From Candidatus Norongarragalina meridionalis (GTDB lineage: Archaea; Micrarchaeota; Micrarchaeia; Norongarragalinales; Norongarragalinaceae), in NCBI GenBank assembly GCA_902384935.1, contig CABMDO010000009.1, positions 74,983-138,982 of the forward strand: a stretch of DNA of 64,000 nt. Direction: 5' to 3'. Under the pieces are notes generated by a model that saw nothing but the letters and a program-made list of their open reading frames with translations, was not told the origin of the DNA and did no database searches. How positions within the stretch are numbered: the first letter of the stretch is position 1; each line of letters starts with the position of its first letter. Positions 1-8,270 of this stretch are shown in pieces. The position numbers were made by a program, and so were the translations under genes.

Positions 1-529
1 GTTACAGAATAGTGAAAATCGGTGTCAGGTAGGATTGTTAGAATTCCCGACGGAGAGTTTTGGAAAGTAAATAGTAGATTTATCGTCGTGAAAAAAAGAA
101 AAACAACAAAAATAAGCCATGGTTTAAAGGAGAAAAGAGAATGATAGTTAAACGACCTATTATGAAACAATAGAAACGCAACAAACAATAAAATCAACGA
201 GGAGCAAATCACGTTCAGGGCAGAAACACCCAGAATGAAAGCCAAAACAAAGGAAACCCAACTGGAAAAGAAAACGCCCAGTACTATGCCATAAAATAGC
301 TTATTTTCGGCAAAAAAAATGTTCGAGAGTGAAACTCCTAAAATAACTGCAGAAGCTAGAAACAAAAGTGCTAAGAACACTAGGGAAAGTAGATTTTTAA
401 GTTTAAATTAGCTAGTATTTTACATTGAAATGCGTTTTTAGACATACGAAGCACAAAAGCATACTGATTAAAAGGCGTATGCGACGAGAAACAATCCTAA
501 TGCAAAATGTGGCTAGCCAAAGACTGTTT

Positions 530-1657
530 TTAACTTCGGGACGCCCATTCGAGCGCAGAATGCCATGCCCTTCGGGCAGCAACGAATGAGGATGCGAGTG
601 AAACCGCTTCATCTTCCGAAGGCGTTATTTTCTCCGGTTTAATTGAAATAATTGCGTTGAACTCGTCTGCGAACCCCAGTTCCGCCGCAGTTTTCGAAAG
701 CGAGTGCTGCTCGTTTTTCTGCGCCAGGTAGGGAAGGAGGTATTCCTCATAAGCGACGGAAGCAGCTGTCTGGACATCGACGGGTTTTCCATCGAGCTTC
801 GCCACGACGCAGTACGCGAGCGCGGCGCCCTTGATTTCGTTTCTGAGGTTGTTCACAAGCGCGTTTTTCACGGGCGTCTTTTCGTGGAATACCAATGGCA
901 AGCGGGCGGCCGCTTCAGTTTTGTCGAGAGGGCTATAAACTGCGCCTTCGCCGAGATAGCGGGTGGCGAGAGAGCCAAACAGACCGTCTTCCAACCGGTA
1001 AGGGGAAGGAAGAAAGCAGTAGCGGCGAAGCGAATCTAACGAAACCCCGAGGTTTCCTCCGCTCGCTCTCGTGCTGGTTAGAACCTCGTTTATCTCCTTC
1101 GGCACGCCTGCAAAGAGCAATGAAAGGCGGCGCTTGCAATCCTCCGCGTCCGCGCCTTTCTGCCTTTCCCTCAGAACCGAAATCACCTGAAGCACGAGAT
1201 GCGCGGTTCCGCTCGCATGCTTCAGATATTTTCCGCAGACGATTTTCTTGCCTTCGGAGAAAAGGGTTTCGTATCTGGCGACGCAATCATTGGCAGGCAA
1301 GGTATCGTCATCAAAGAAAGCGGCGTCCGAACCGTCCTTCGCGCAAAGCAGCAGGCAAATGTTGCGGAATCCGCCGTAGCCGCCTGAAAAGAGGGAGGCA
1401 TAGGAGGAGGATGAAAGGGATGTCTCGGTTGCATGAAGCGCGTCAAGTTTGAGACGCGCAATGGTTGCTTCATTCTCCTCGTGTGTTTTTTCCGTGTCCA
1501 CGACTACGAAGCGCTTCGTCTGCGCCGAATAAGCAGTAAGGCACTTCTCCAGCTTCTCGGAGTCGTTGGAAATCACGCAAGCCCTGAGCACGAAGGGATT
1601 ATGCCCCCTTTTGTTTTTAAGAGGACATTTTTGCACTTTTCCGGAGCGCGAAGCCAA
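530..1657 (-). CDS. hypothetical protein, possible GT-A fold (family 2-like) glycosyltransferase
   Basis: 375-aa ORF. Motif GGFRNICLLLCAKDGSDAAFFDDDTLP resembles the GT2 ARN-G...A-G...fLDaDD block. An upstream VVVDTEKTHEEN segment is present. No other recognisable domain. Confidence 0.35.
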   Translation of the reverse strand: MASRSGKVQKCPLKNKRGHNPFVLRACVISNDSEKLEKCLTAYSAQTKRFVVVDTEKTHEENEATIARLKLDALHATETSLSSSSYASLFSGGYGGFRNICLLLCAKDGSDAAFFDDDTLPANDCVARYETLFSEGKKIVCGKYLKHASGTAHLVLQVISVLRERQKGADAEDCKRRLSLLFAGVPKEINEVLTSTRASGGNLGVSLDSLRRYCFLPSPYRLEDGLFGSLATRYLGEGAVYSPLDKTEAAARLPLVFHEKTPVKNALVNNLRNEIKGAALAYCVVAKLDGKPVDVQTAASVAYEEYLLPYLAQKNEQHSLSKTAAELGFADEFNAIISIKPEKITPSEDEAVSLASSFVAARRAWHSALEWASRS

Positions 1658-1705
1658 GGCGTCTTGATTGCCGATTATTAAAAACCGAAGAAGACAAAAC
1701 GGGTT

Positions 1706-2371
1706 ATGGGAACTGTTTCGGGTTTGCGCGCCTATTTCCGGAAGGCTGGCGCGACGAAGGCGGTCATCGGGCTCAGCGGAGGCATCGATTCGGCGCTCGC
1801 ATGCTTCCTCACCGCAAGGGCACTTGGCGCAAAAAACGTGACGGCGTACTATCTTCCCTATTTCGGGAACGGCGAGGAAAATTACGCGAAGACGGCGGCG
1901 AAATGGGCGGGCGTGCGACTGAAGAAAGCGAGCATTAGGAAGGCGGTTGACGCGGTTTGCGATGCGACGGGAACTAATGACAGAGTAGGTAGGGGAAACG
2001 TGATGGCTCGCGTCCGCATGGCATTGCTCTACGCATTTGCCAGGAAAAACAGGGCGCTGGTCGTCGGAACTGGAAACAAGAGCGAACTCCTTACGGGATA
2101 TTTCACCAAATACGGCGACGGCGGATGCGACGTCCTTCCATTGGGCGCGTTGTATAAAACGGAAGTAATGGCGCTGGCTAAGCGACTTGGAGCGCCAACT
2201 GCCATTTTGAAACGCAAACCTACTGCAGGACTTTGGAAAGGGCAGACGGACGAGGGCGAACTGGGAATGAGTTACGCGGAGTTGGACGCGCTACTTAGGA
2301 AGGGAGGACTGCGCAAACGCGTTTCTGCGACCGAACACAAAAGAAAACCGCCAGTTGTGATTAAATGCTGA
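1706..2371 (+). CDS. nadE: NH3-dependent NAD+ synthetase
   Basis: PP-loop motif GLSGGIDS and the conserved NadE core (VVGTGNKSEL, GYFTKYGDGG); 221 aa. Confidence 0.85.
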   Translation: MGTVSGLRAYFRKAGATKAVIGLSGGIDSALACFLTARALGAKNVTAYYLPYFGNGEENYAKTAAKWAGVRLKKASIRKAVDAVCDATGTNDRVGRGNVMARVRMALLYAFARKNRALVVGTGNKSELLTGYFTKYGDGGCDVLPLGALYKTEVMALAKRLGAPTAILKRKPTAGLWKGQTDEGELGMSYAELDALLRKGGLRKRVSATEHKRKPPVVIKC

Positions 2372-3174
2372 CCGACGACATGAAAAGGCGGCTGGAATCG
2401 TTCGTCGCGGACGATGTCGAGAAAGGCGACGTGACGGGCGCGCTTGTTCCGCTCCGCGAAATCAAGGCGAAAATCGTCACACGGGAAAAATGCACTCTCG
2501 CTGGAATTGAAGAGGTGGCGTTTATTTTTGAAAAGCACGGGCTTACTGTGAAGACGCTGAAGCGCGACGGCGAAAAGGCGAGGAAAAGCGATGCGATCAT
2601 GCGCATCTCAGGGCTAAATCGTTCTCTTTACGAAACCGAAAGAGTCGCGCTCAACATCATGTCGCGCATGTCGGGGATTGCCACCGCGTGCGCGGAAGCG
2701 GCGAGGCTCGCGGCGCCCGTGAAGGTGGCGGTGACAAGGAAAACCACTCCCGGCTTTTCGGTATTCGAAAAGAAAGCCGCGGTTTTGGGCGAGGCGCTGC
2801 CGCACCGCGCGGATTTGTCGGAGATGATTTTGCTAAAGAGGCAGCATCTGCGCGAAATGGGCGGAATAAGGAAGGCGGCGGTTGCCGTGCGGGAAAAGCA
2901 CGGCGTGTTCGAGGCGGAGGTTTCTTCGGTTGCGGAGGCGGTTGCCGCCGCGGAAGCGGGCGTGCCGATCATCATGCTCGACAACATGCCGATTAAGGAA
3001 GCTAAAAGGGCGGTAGCGGAAATAAGGAAGAAAGGAAACGCGGCAATTGAAATTTCAGGCGGCATCACTCCCGCGAATCTGAAAAAATACGCGGCACTGA
3101 AACCCGACTTCGTCTCCATGGGCTCGCTTACGAGGGACGCGCGCGGCGTAGATTTCTCGATGGTGACGGAATGA
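2365..3174 (+). CDS. nadC: nicotinate-nucleotide (quinolinate) pyrophosphorylase
   Basis: 269 aa with typical NadC/QPRTase blocks (DVTG, VAVTRKTTPG, IIMLDNM, EISGGIT). Overlaps the nadE stop by a few nt, so operon-coupled. Confidence 0.85.
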   Translation: MLTDDMKRRLESFVADDVEKGDVTGALVPLREIKAKIVTREKCTLAGIEEVAFIFEKHGLTVKTLKRDGEKARKSDAIMRISGLNRSLYETERVALNIMSRMSGIATACAEAARLAAPVKVAVTRKTTPGFSVFEKKAAVLGEALPHRADLSEMILLKRQHLREMGGIRKAAVAVREKHGVFEAEVSSVAEAVAAAEAGVPIIMLDNMPIKEAKRAVAEIRKKGNAAIEISGGITPANLKKYAALKPDFVSMGSLTRDARGVDFSMVTE

Positions 3175-3743
3175 GAATCGGGATACTCGGCGGTTCGTTC
3201 AACCCTCCGCACGACGGGCACGTCGCCGCTGCTAAGGCAGTTCTGCGAGCACGTCTTGTGGACGAGGTGTGGGTGATGCCGTGCTGGAGGCAGGCTGGAA
3301 AGAAGCTCGCTCCGTTCAGAACGAGGATGGAGATGGCGCGCATCGCGTTCGGCGGCATAAGAGGCGTCCGAGTCAGCGATTTCGAAGAGAAATACAACAG
3401 AACCGGAAAAACCATCGAGACGATTCGGGCATTAAAACGCAGTTATCCGCGCACTGCTTTCTCGTGGATTATCGGCTCGGATTTGCTGAATTCGCTGAAT
3501 TCCTGGGACGAGGCTGCGGCGCTGAAGAAAAGCCTGGATTTCGTCGTCGTGAAGCGCGGAAAGATGCCCGCGAAAAAACTGGCTGCGAATTTTGTCGTGT
3601 TGGATGCGAAAACTCCCGATGTGTCGAGCACCGAGATAAGGAGAAAACTCGCTAAGGCAGGTCGCGGGGCTCGCGTCCGGGGCGTATCGGCAGGTGTTTT
3701 ATCCCGCTGGTTAGGCTTCGCGAACGGGAAACGCGCCTCATGA
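3171..3743 (+). CDS. nadD: nicotinate-nucleotide adenylyltransferase, bacterial NadD type
   Basis: GGSFNPPHDGH nucleotidyltransferase motif and the SSTEIR motif near the C-terminus. The 3' end overlaps the convergent HD-GYP gene by ~90 nt. Confidence 0.75.
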   Translation: MRIGILGGSFNPPHDGHVAAAKAVLRARLVDEVWVMPCWRQAGKKLAPFRTRMEMARIAFGGIRGVRVSDFEEKYNRTGKTIETIRALKRSYPRTAFSWIIGSDLLNSLNSWDEAAALKKSLDFVVVKRGKMPAKKLAANFVVLDAKTPDVSSTEIRRKLAKAGRGARVRGVSAGVLSRWLGFANGKRAS

Positions 3744-4509
3744 AAAGATTGTTTTCTTCGCGCACGAGTTTTAAGAGCGCCTCGGTTACGCGCGGGTCGT
3801 AGCCGTGCGCGCCGTTTTTGGAAAGCAAATCGTCCATCTGTTCGCGGAGAGAGCGCCTTTTGATGTATCCGCCAGCCTTGCCTACCTGCCGCGTCCACAT
3901 CGCATGAAGAGAATCGGCGACCGCGAGAATTCGCGCGCCGAGCGGCGGGTGCTCGATTTCGTCGAAACCATGCGGATAGCCTTTCGGATAATGGTGGAAC
4001 AGAACTCCGTCGATGATTTGGGGTGGAAGCCCGGAATGGTACAGTTCCTTTGCAGACAGCGCCGCGTGCTTCTCCTTGGCGCGAATCAATTGCTCCTTGT
4101 CTTCCCGGTCTTCCCAATTTCCGGCATTATTGAGGAAAAGTTCCCGCATCTCCTCGGTGGAAACCTTGCCTATGTCGTGGATCCTGCCCATCGCGTACGC
4201 CCACGCGCCGCTATCGGCGGACAACAGCATAAGTTCCTCCGCGTCCTTTCCCTTGAAAAGCGATGGATTGTCGCGCTGCATCTCCGCAAGCTTGCAGGCG
4301 ATGCGCGCGGAAAGCGCCGCGACTCCCGTGGAGTGCCCATACTCGAGATGGTCGGGCGGGATACGGCGAAGTTGTTCCTGAATGCGTTCGGGAACGGACA
4401 GCTCGAATATGTCCTCCAAACCAGCCATGCCCTTGGCGCTGAAAACGCGAGTCAGAAGCGCGTGATCCCTGCGAGGGGAACCGCTCCTGCGCTCCCTGCG
4501 GAACTGCAT
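3652..4509 (-). CDS. HD-GYP domain phosphohydrolase
   Basis: HD motif RIHDIGK plus FHHYPKGYPHGF (HH...GYP.G), matching the HD-GYP signature. An alternative start MAGLEDIF lies near 4428. Confidence 0.6.
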   Translation of the reverse strand: MQFRRERRSGSPRRDHALLTRVFSAKGMAGLEDIFELSVPERIQEQLRRIPPDHLEYGHSTGVAALSARIACKLAEMQRDNPSLFKGKDAEELMLLSADSGAWAYAMGRIHDIGKVSTEEMRELFLNNAGNWEDREDKEQLIRAKEKHAALSAKELYHSGLPPQIIDGVLFHHYPKGYPHGFDEIEHPPLGARILAVADSLHAMWTRQVGKAGGYIKRRSLREQMDDLLSKNGAHGYDPRVTEALLKLVREENNLFMRRVSRSRSLTSGIKHLPIRPGREPRDLP

Positions 4510-4510
4510 C

Positions 4511-4729
4511 CTAGCGCCCCCTCCGTTTTATGCGCAGCCAGAACCAGCCGAAGAACGCGACGAACAATAACACGAAAGAAAGCAGCGCCCACGCGCCGTC
4601 GGTTTTCGAGAAGCCGCAGAGGCAGCCCTTCCAGAAATACATCCCTATCGCGGTTATGACGAGCGCGCCGAGCCCCGCCTTGAAGGACGCCTTCACCAGC
4701 GCGGGTGCGTCCCAATCCTCTAGCACCAT
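4511..4729 (-). CDS. small membrane protein
   Basis: Likely true start MVLEDWD (ATGGTGCTAG overlaps the stop of the upstream ORF). Two predicted TM helices. Confidence 0.4.
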   Translation of the reverse strand: MVLEDWDAPALVKASFKAGLGALVITAIGMYFWKGCLCGFSKTDGAWALLSFVLLFVAFFGWFWLRIKRRGR

Positions 4730-4908
4730 GACATCACCTTGTCGCGGCGGAAGTAGCGCACGAGAAGCGCGAGCCCCACCGCGATGAGCAGGAGCGCGAA
4801 CCACGGGAAATCGATGCGCGGAATCCAACCCATCTGCTTCCCTATTTCAAGCACGCCCCACGCGATGAAAAGTATCGCGACGAACAGCATGAACGTTCCG
4901 CGTGCCAT
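4720..4908 (-). CDS. small membrane protein
   Basis: 62 aa with two hydrophobic helices. Stop/start coupled to the neighbouring membrane ORFs. Confidence 0.4.
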   Translation of the reverse strand: MARGTFMLFVAILFIAWGVLEIGKQMGWIPRIDFPWFALLLIAVGLALLVRYFRRDKVMSWC

Positions 4909-4909
4909 T

Positions 4910-5356
4910 TTACCGCCTCCTCTTTGCTTTCGACGGACGCGCCGCGGCGAAACCCGCCACGCCGCACGCCGCAGCTACGCCTACAAAGGCAATCATGAGC
5001 TGGAAAATCGCGTATTCCGCGGATGCGCCGGGAAGCGCGAGCGCGTTGAAGCGCGAGTATCCTATTTTCCCCAGAACCGCCGAGGAAATCGGGTGCGCAA
5101 TCACGCAGGCGAGCCCGCCGAACACCAGCGTCATTCCCGCCGAAAACAGCCCGAAGGTTATCGCGTCCCCGGAACGCTTCGCCTCGACGTAAGCGAGCGC
5201 GGCGAGAATCGCGACGACAACGGCGCCCTCCGCCGCGAGGAAATAAAGCGCGGTGCGTCCGTATCCCTCGGTATAAACCACGTAGAGCATGAGCAGCGAC
5301 GCGAACCAGCCCGCAGCCTGAACCATCGCCGAAGCGGCGAGAAGCTTGTTGTCCAT
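4910..5356 (-). CDS. membrane protein (4 TM), hypothetical
   Basis: 148 aa, strongly hydrophobic. First gene of a three-ORF membrane operon. Confidence 0.45.
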   Translation of the reverse strand: MDNKLLAASAMVQAAGWFASLLMLYVVYTEGYGRTALYFLAAEGAVVVAILAALAYVEAKRSGDAITFGLFSAGMTLVFGGLACVIAHPISSAVLGKIGYSRFNALALPGASAEYAIFQLMIAFVGVAAACGVAGFAAARPSKAKRRR

Positions 5357-5405
5357 GAAAGTGTTTGGGTGAAAGAATTTTTAAACGCCGCGCACTAGGC
5401 TTTGC

Positions 5406-5849
5406 ATGGAAAAAAGGCTATACCGTTCGAAGAAGGACAGGATTCTTGGCGGGGTGTGCGGCGGAATCGCGGAGTATTTCGAAGTGGACCCAACGCTCGT
5501 GCGGCTGCTCTGGGTGCTGTTCGTGCTCGCAGGCGGCGCGGGAGTAATCGCGTACATAATCGCGTGGATAATAATGCCGCCGAATCCGAAGCAGAAAGGA
5601 GTCGACGAGGACTTCTCGCGCGCCGCGGAACGCCTCGGAAAAAGGATGGAACGCAGGAAAGAACGCGAAGAAGACGGCAAACACGGCCTGCTGATAGGCG
5701 GAATCATAGTTCTCGGCATCGGGCTCGTGTTTCTCGCGTCTAACTACGGCTGGTTCCCGGGATGGTGGAGCTGGGACAAGATGTGGCCGGTTATGCTGAT
5801 ACTCGTGGGCGTCGGGCTGCTTGCCGGATGGGTGGCGAAGCGTGACTAA
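5406..5849 (+). CDS. PspC domain protein
   Basis: N-terminal RSKKDRILGGVCGGIAEYFEVDPTLVRL is the canonical PspC domain. Followed by TM segments. Confidence 0.75.
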   Translation: MEKRLYRSKKDRILGGVCGGIAEYFEVDPTLVRLLWVLFVLAGGAGVIAYIIAWIIMPPNPKQKGVDEDFSRAAERLGKRMERRKEREEDGKHGLLIGGIIVLGIGLVFLASNYGWFPGWWSWDKMWPVMLILVGVGLLAGWVAKRD

Positions 5850-5862
5850 AATTACCAAAAGC

Positions 5863-6048
5863 ATGACGCTCGGCGACGTGGTGTCGCGCTATCCGAACGC
5901 CACGGGAGTTATGCTCAAACACGGCCTGCACTGCGCGGGCTGCCCCGGCGCAATGATGGAAACAGTCGAGATGGGCGCGGTTGCGCACGGCATGACCGCG
6001 GCGCAGCTGGCGAAGATGCTCAGGGAAATGAACGACGCCGAGAAGTGA
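5863..6048 (+). CDS. DUF1858 / hybrid-cluster-protein-associated redox disulfide domain protein
   Basis: MTLGDVVSRYPNATGVMLKHGLHCAGCPG matches the small CxxC DUF1858 family. Confidence 0.55.
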   Translation: MTLGDVVSRYPNATGVMLKHGLHCAGCPGAMMETVEMGAVAHGMTAAQLAKMLREMNDAEK

Positions 6049-6087
6049 AGGCGCTGTTTTTTAAGAGGAAACGCGCAGGATAAGTGT

Positions 6088-7803
6088 ATGGCAGCGCGCA
6101 TCAAATACGGCGGAAGCAGCCAGCGTGATCGCAGACTTATACGATACGGCGTTGATCTCGGCAGAAAGATAGCCGTGCGAAGGTTAATCGAACCGTCGCC
6201 AGCGCACATACTTTCGCTGGACTCGCAGGGAAGGATAATCGCCGCTTCCAAAAAGGCGGCGGAGCTTTTCGGCAGGGACTCCGCCAAACAACTCGAGGGT
6301 TTGCATTACACCGAACTTTTCCCGCACAGCCGCGACGAGCTTCTCACCGAGAGACACATCGGCGACAAGGACGGCTCCTCCACGAACTCGCTTCTCGTGA
6401 AGCGCAATTCCCCAGAAGGGCTCGTCGAATCGTACGTCCGAGTGAAACGGAACGGAAACGTTTTCAATTTGGCGTTAACCGACGTGGCGGACATGGTGAA
6501 GAGGAACCAGCTAATCACGGACATTTTCGGAATAAACAGGAAGATTAACACGGAAACGGATCTCGGCAAGGTCTTCGACGCCATAGCCCAGCATGCGGCG
6601 ACACACTTCGGGGTGCGCGCGGTTGTTACGAGATTCGACGGGGAAAAACTTGTCCCGTACGCCACGGCGGGGCCTGAGGAAACCGGAACCGGACCGATTC
6701 GGCTTTCCGACTTGGTGAAGAAGGGGCCGATACCGCTCGGCGAGGGAGTGATGGGCAGGGCTGCCGCGGAAGGAAAAACCGCCCGCGTCGAAGACGCCGA
6801 CGGCTACACCGGCGCCATCTTCCCGGGGATAGAAGACGAATACAATCTCGGCAATTCCGTCGGGGTGCCCCTGTTCGCCTATAACGGCGGCGGAAAGCGC
6901 ATACTCGTAGGTGTCATAGGGCTGTTCAAGGAAGTCGGCCAGGAAAAATTCCACGATTACCAGCTCGACCTCATGGACCACATAGCGGACAACGCGGCGA
7001 TAAAGATACGCAACGCCCAGCTGAACAAGAAGCTCGAGGAGATGGCTTACACCAACCCCGTCACGGGACTTTCCAACAGGAGGCGCTTCTTCGAGGAGCT
7101 GTCCAAGCATCTGGGCGTGGAGAGCATGGATACTGACGCGGCGAAACTGACGGAAAGAATCGGCACGGCGGGCATTCAACCGTTCACCGTCGTAAAGTTC
7201 GACGTGACGAACCTGCACGGCGCAAACGAGATAATCGGACACGACGCGGCGGACGTCCTGCTGAGGGACGTAATGGGCAAAACGCTGAGCAGCGTTTTCG
7301 GGCGGATGGGGCTCGGCAGGAAGGACGCGGTTTTGGCGCACGTCTACGGGGATGAATTCAACCTTTTGTTAAGAAATGCCGACGCGCACGTTGCCGAGGA
7401 ATTCGGAAAAACCGTGCGTGACGAGGTGGAAAGGCGCATATCCGAACAGTATCCAAAACTGAAGGATGCAGGAGTGGGAATCGACTACGCTCAAACAACT
7501 TACAATTACGCTGGCGCGAAGAACACCCCGAATGCGGTCAATCTCCTGCGATTCAAGCAACTGATAAGCGCGTACTCCAGAAAGGGCAGGCTGAAAACCA
7601 TCGGGCTCAGCGCGGGAGACGTCGTCGACATCTTGCTCAGGTATCCGGAGATACCGCTCGGAAAGGGAAAAGCGGAACGGAAAACCGCAGGCGGATGGTG
7701 GCCGCCGGGGGCTGCCCAGGAACTCGTCCGGCTCATCACGGAAGGCAAGTCTTCCAAGAACGCCATAGAAGAAATCGTAAAAAAATACCACATCAGGCGC
7801 TAG
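6088..7803 (+). CDS. PAS-GAF-GGDEF domain signalling protein with degenerate YGDEF motif
   Basis: The C-terminal ~170 aa match GGDEF: NPVTGLSNRRRFFEEL, FDVTNLHGANEIIGHDAADVLLRDV, VYGDEFNLLL, GVGIDYA. N-terminal PAS-like and GAF-like regions. Confidence 0.65.
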   Translation: MAARIKYGGSSQRDRRLIRYGVDLGRKIAVRRLIEPSPAHILSLDSQGRIIAASKKAAELFGRDSAKQLEGLHYTELFPHSRDELLTERHIGDKDGSSTNSLLVKRNSPEGLVESYVRVKRNGNVFNLALTDVADMVKRNQLITDIFGINRKINTETDLGKVFDAIAQHAATHFGVRAVVTRFDGEKLVPYATAGPEETGTGPIRLSDLVKKGPIPLGEGVMGRAAAEGKTARVEDADGYTGAIFPGIEDEYNLGNSVGVPLFAYNGGGKRILVGVIGLFKEVGQEKFHDYQLDLMDHIADNAAIKIRNAQLNKKLEEMAYTNPVTGLSNRRRFFEELSKHLGVESMDTDAAKLTERIGTAGIQPFTVVKFDVTNLHGANEIIGHDAADVLLRDVMGKTLSSVFGRMGLGRKDAVLAHVYGDEFNLLLRNADAHVAEEFGKTVRDEVERRISEQYPKLKDAGVGIDYAQTTYNYAGAKNTPNAVNLLRFKQLISAYSRKGRLKTIGLSAGDVVDILLRYPEIPLGKGKAERKTAGGWWPPGAAQELVRLITEGKSSKNAIEEIVKKYHIRR

Positions 7804-8270
7804 TGCACCGCCCTGTCGGCACTGACTTTTCGTTTGACTTTCCACGTCTCAACGAGTGAAACCCATTCCGCGCCTATATGCTTGAACGCCTCGCCGAATT
7901 TCGTAGAAAGCGTCAGCCGCATGCCGTGGCGCTTGTCCTTGTCGTCCTGTCCAGTCGGGTTTTCCCTCTCGCGGGAAAGCAATCCGACGCGCACGAGCTT
8001 CGGAATAACGAGGTTACGGAGCGTGGAATTCGGAATCTTGTGCTCCGCCTGCCACGCCGCAATTGCGTCGCCGTCCGCCTCCCCTTTCTCGGAAAGGAAG
8101 CGGATGAATTTGCATGCTATCTCGTACTGCGCAGCTTGCGCCTGTGGCGGGAATATCAGCTTCAGGACGTCTTCGGCTTCCCAGCGGGCGCTAACCGGCA
8201 TCGGGAGCGCCGAATACTCGAACCACAGCGACTTTTTCGACGGAATTCCACGAGAGGCGGGTTCAGGCAT
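7800..8270 (-). CDS. hypothetical protein, probable winged-helix
   Basis: Protein-like C-terminal 156 aa starting at MPEPASRG. The upstream part of the listed 264-aa ORF runs through a repeat-rich non-coding region and is probably not translated. Confidence 0.4.
   Translation of the reverse strand: MPEPASRGIPSKKSLWFEYSALPMPVSARWEAEDVLKLIFPPQAQAAQYEIACKFIRFLSEKGEADGDAIAAWQAEHKIPNSTLRNLVIPKLVRVGLLSRERENPTGQDDKDKRHGMRLTLSTKFGEAFKHIGAEWVSLVETWKVKRKVSADRAVH

Noticed and set aside
5418-5864. 148-aa minus-strand ORF antisense to the PspC-domain gene
   Set aside because: The PspC call on the + strand has a strong domain signature. The antisense ORF is Arg/His-rich with no features.
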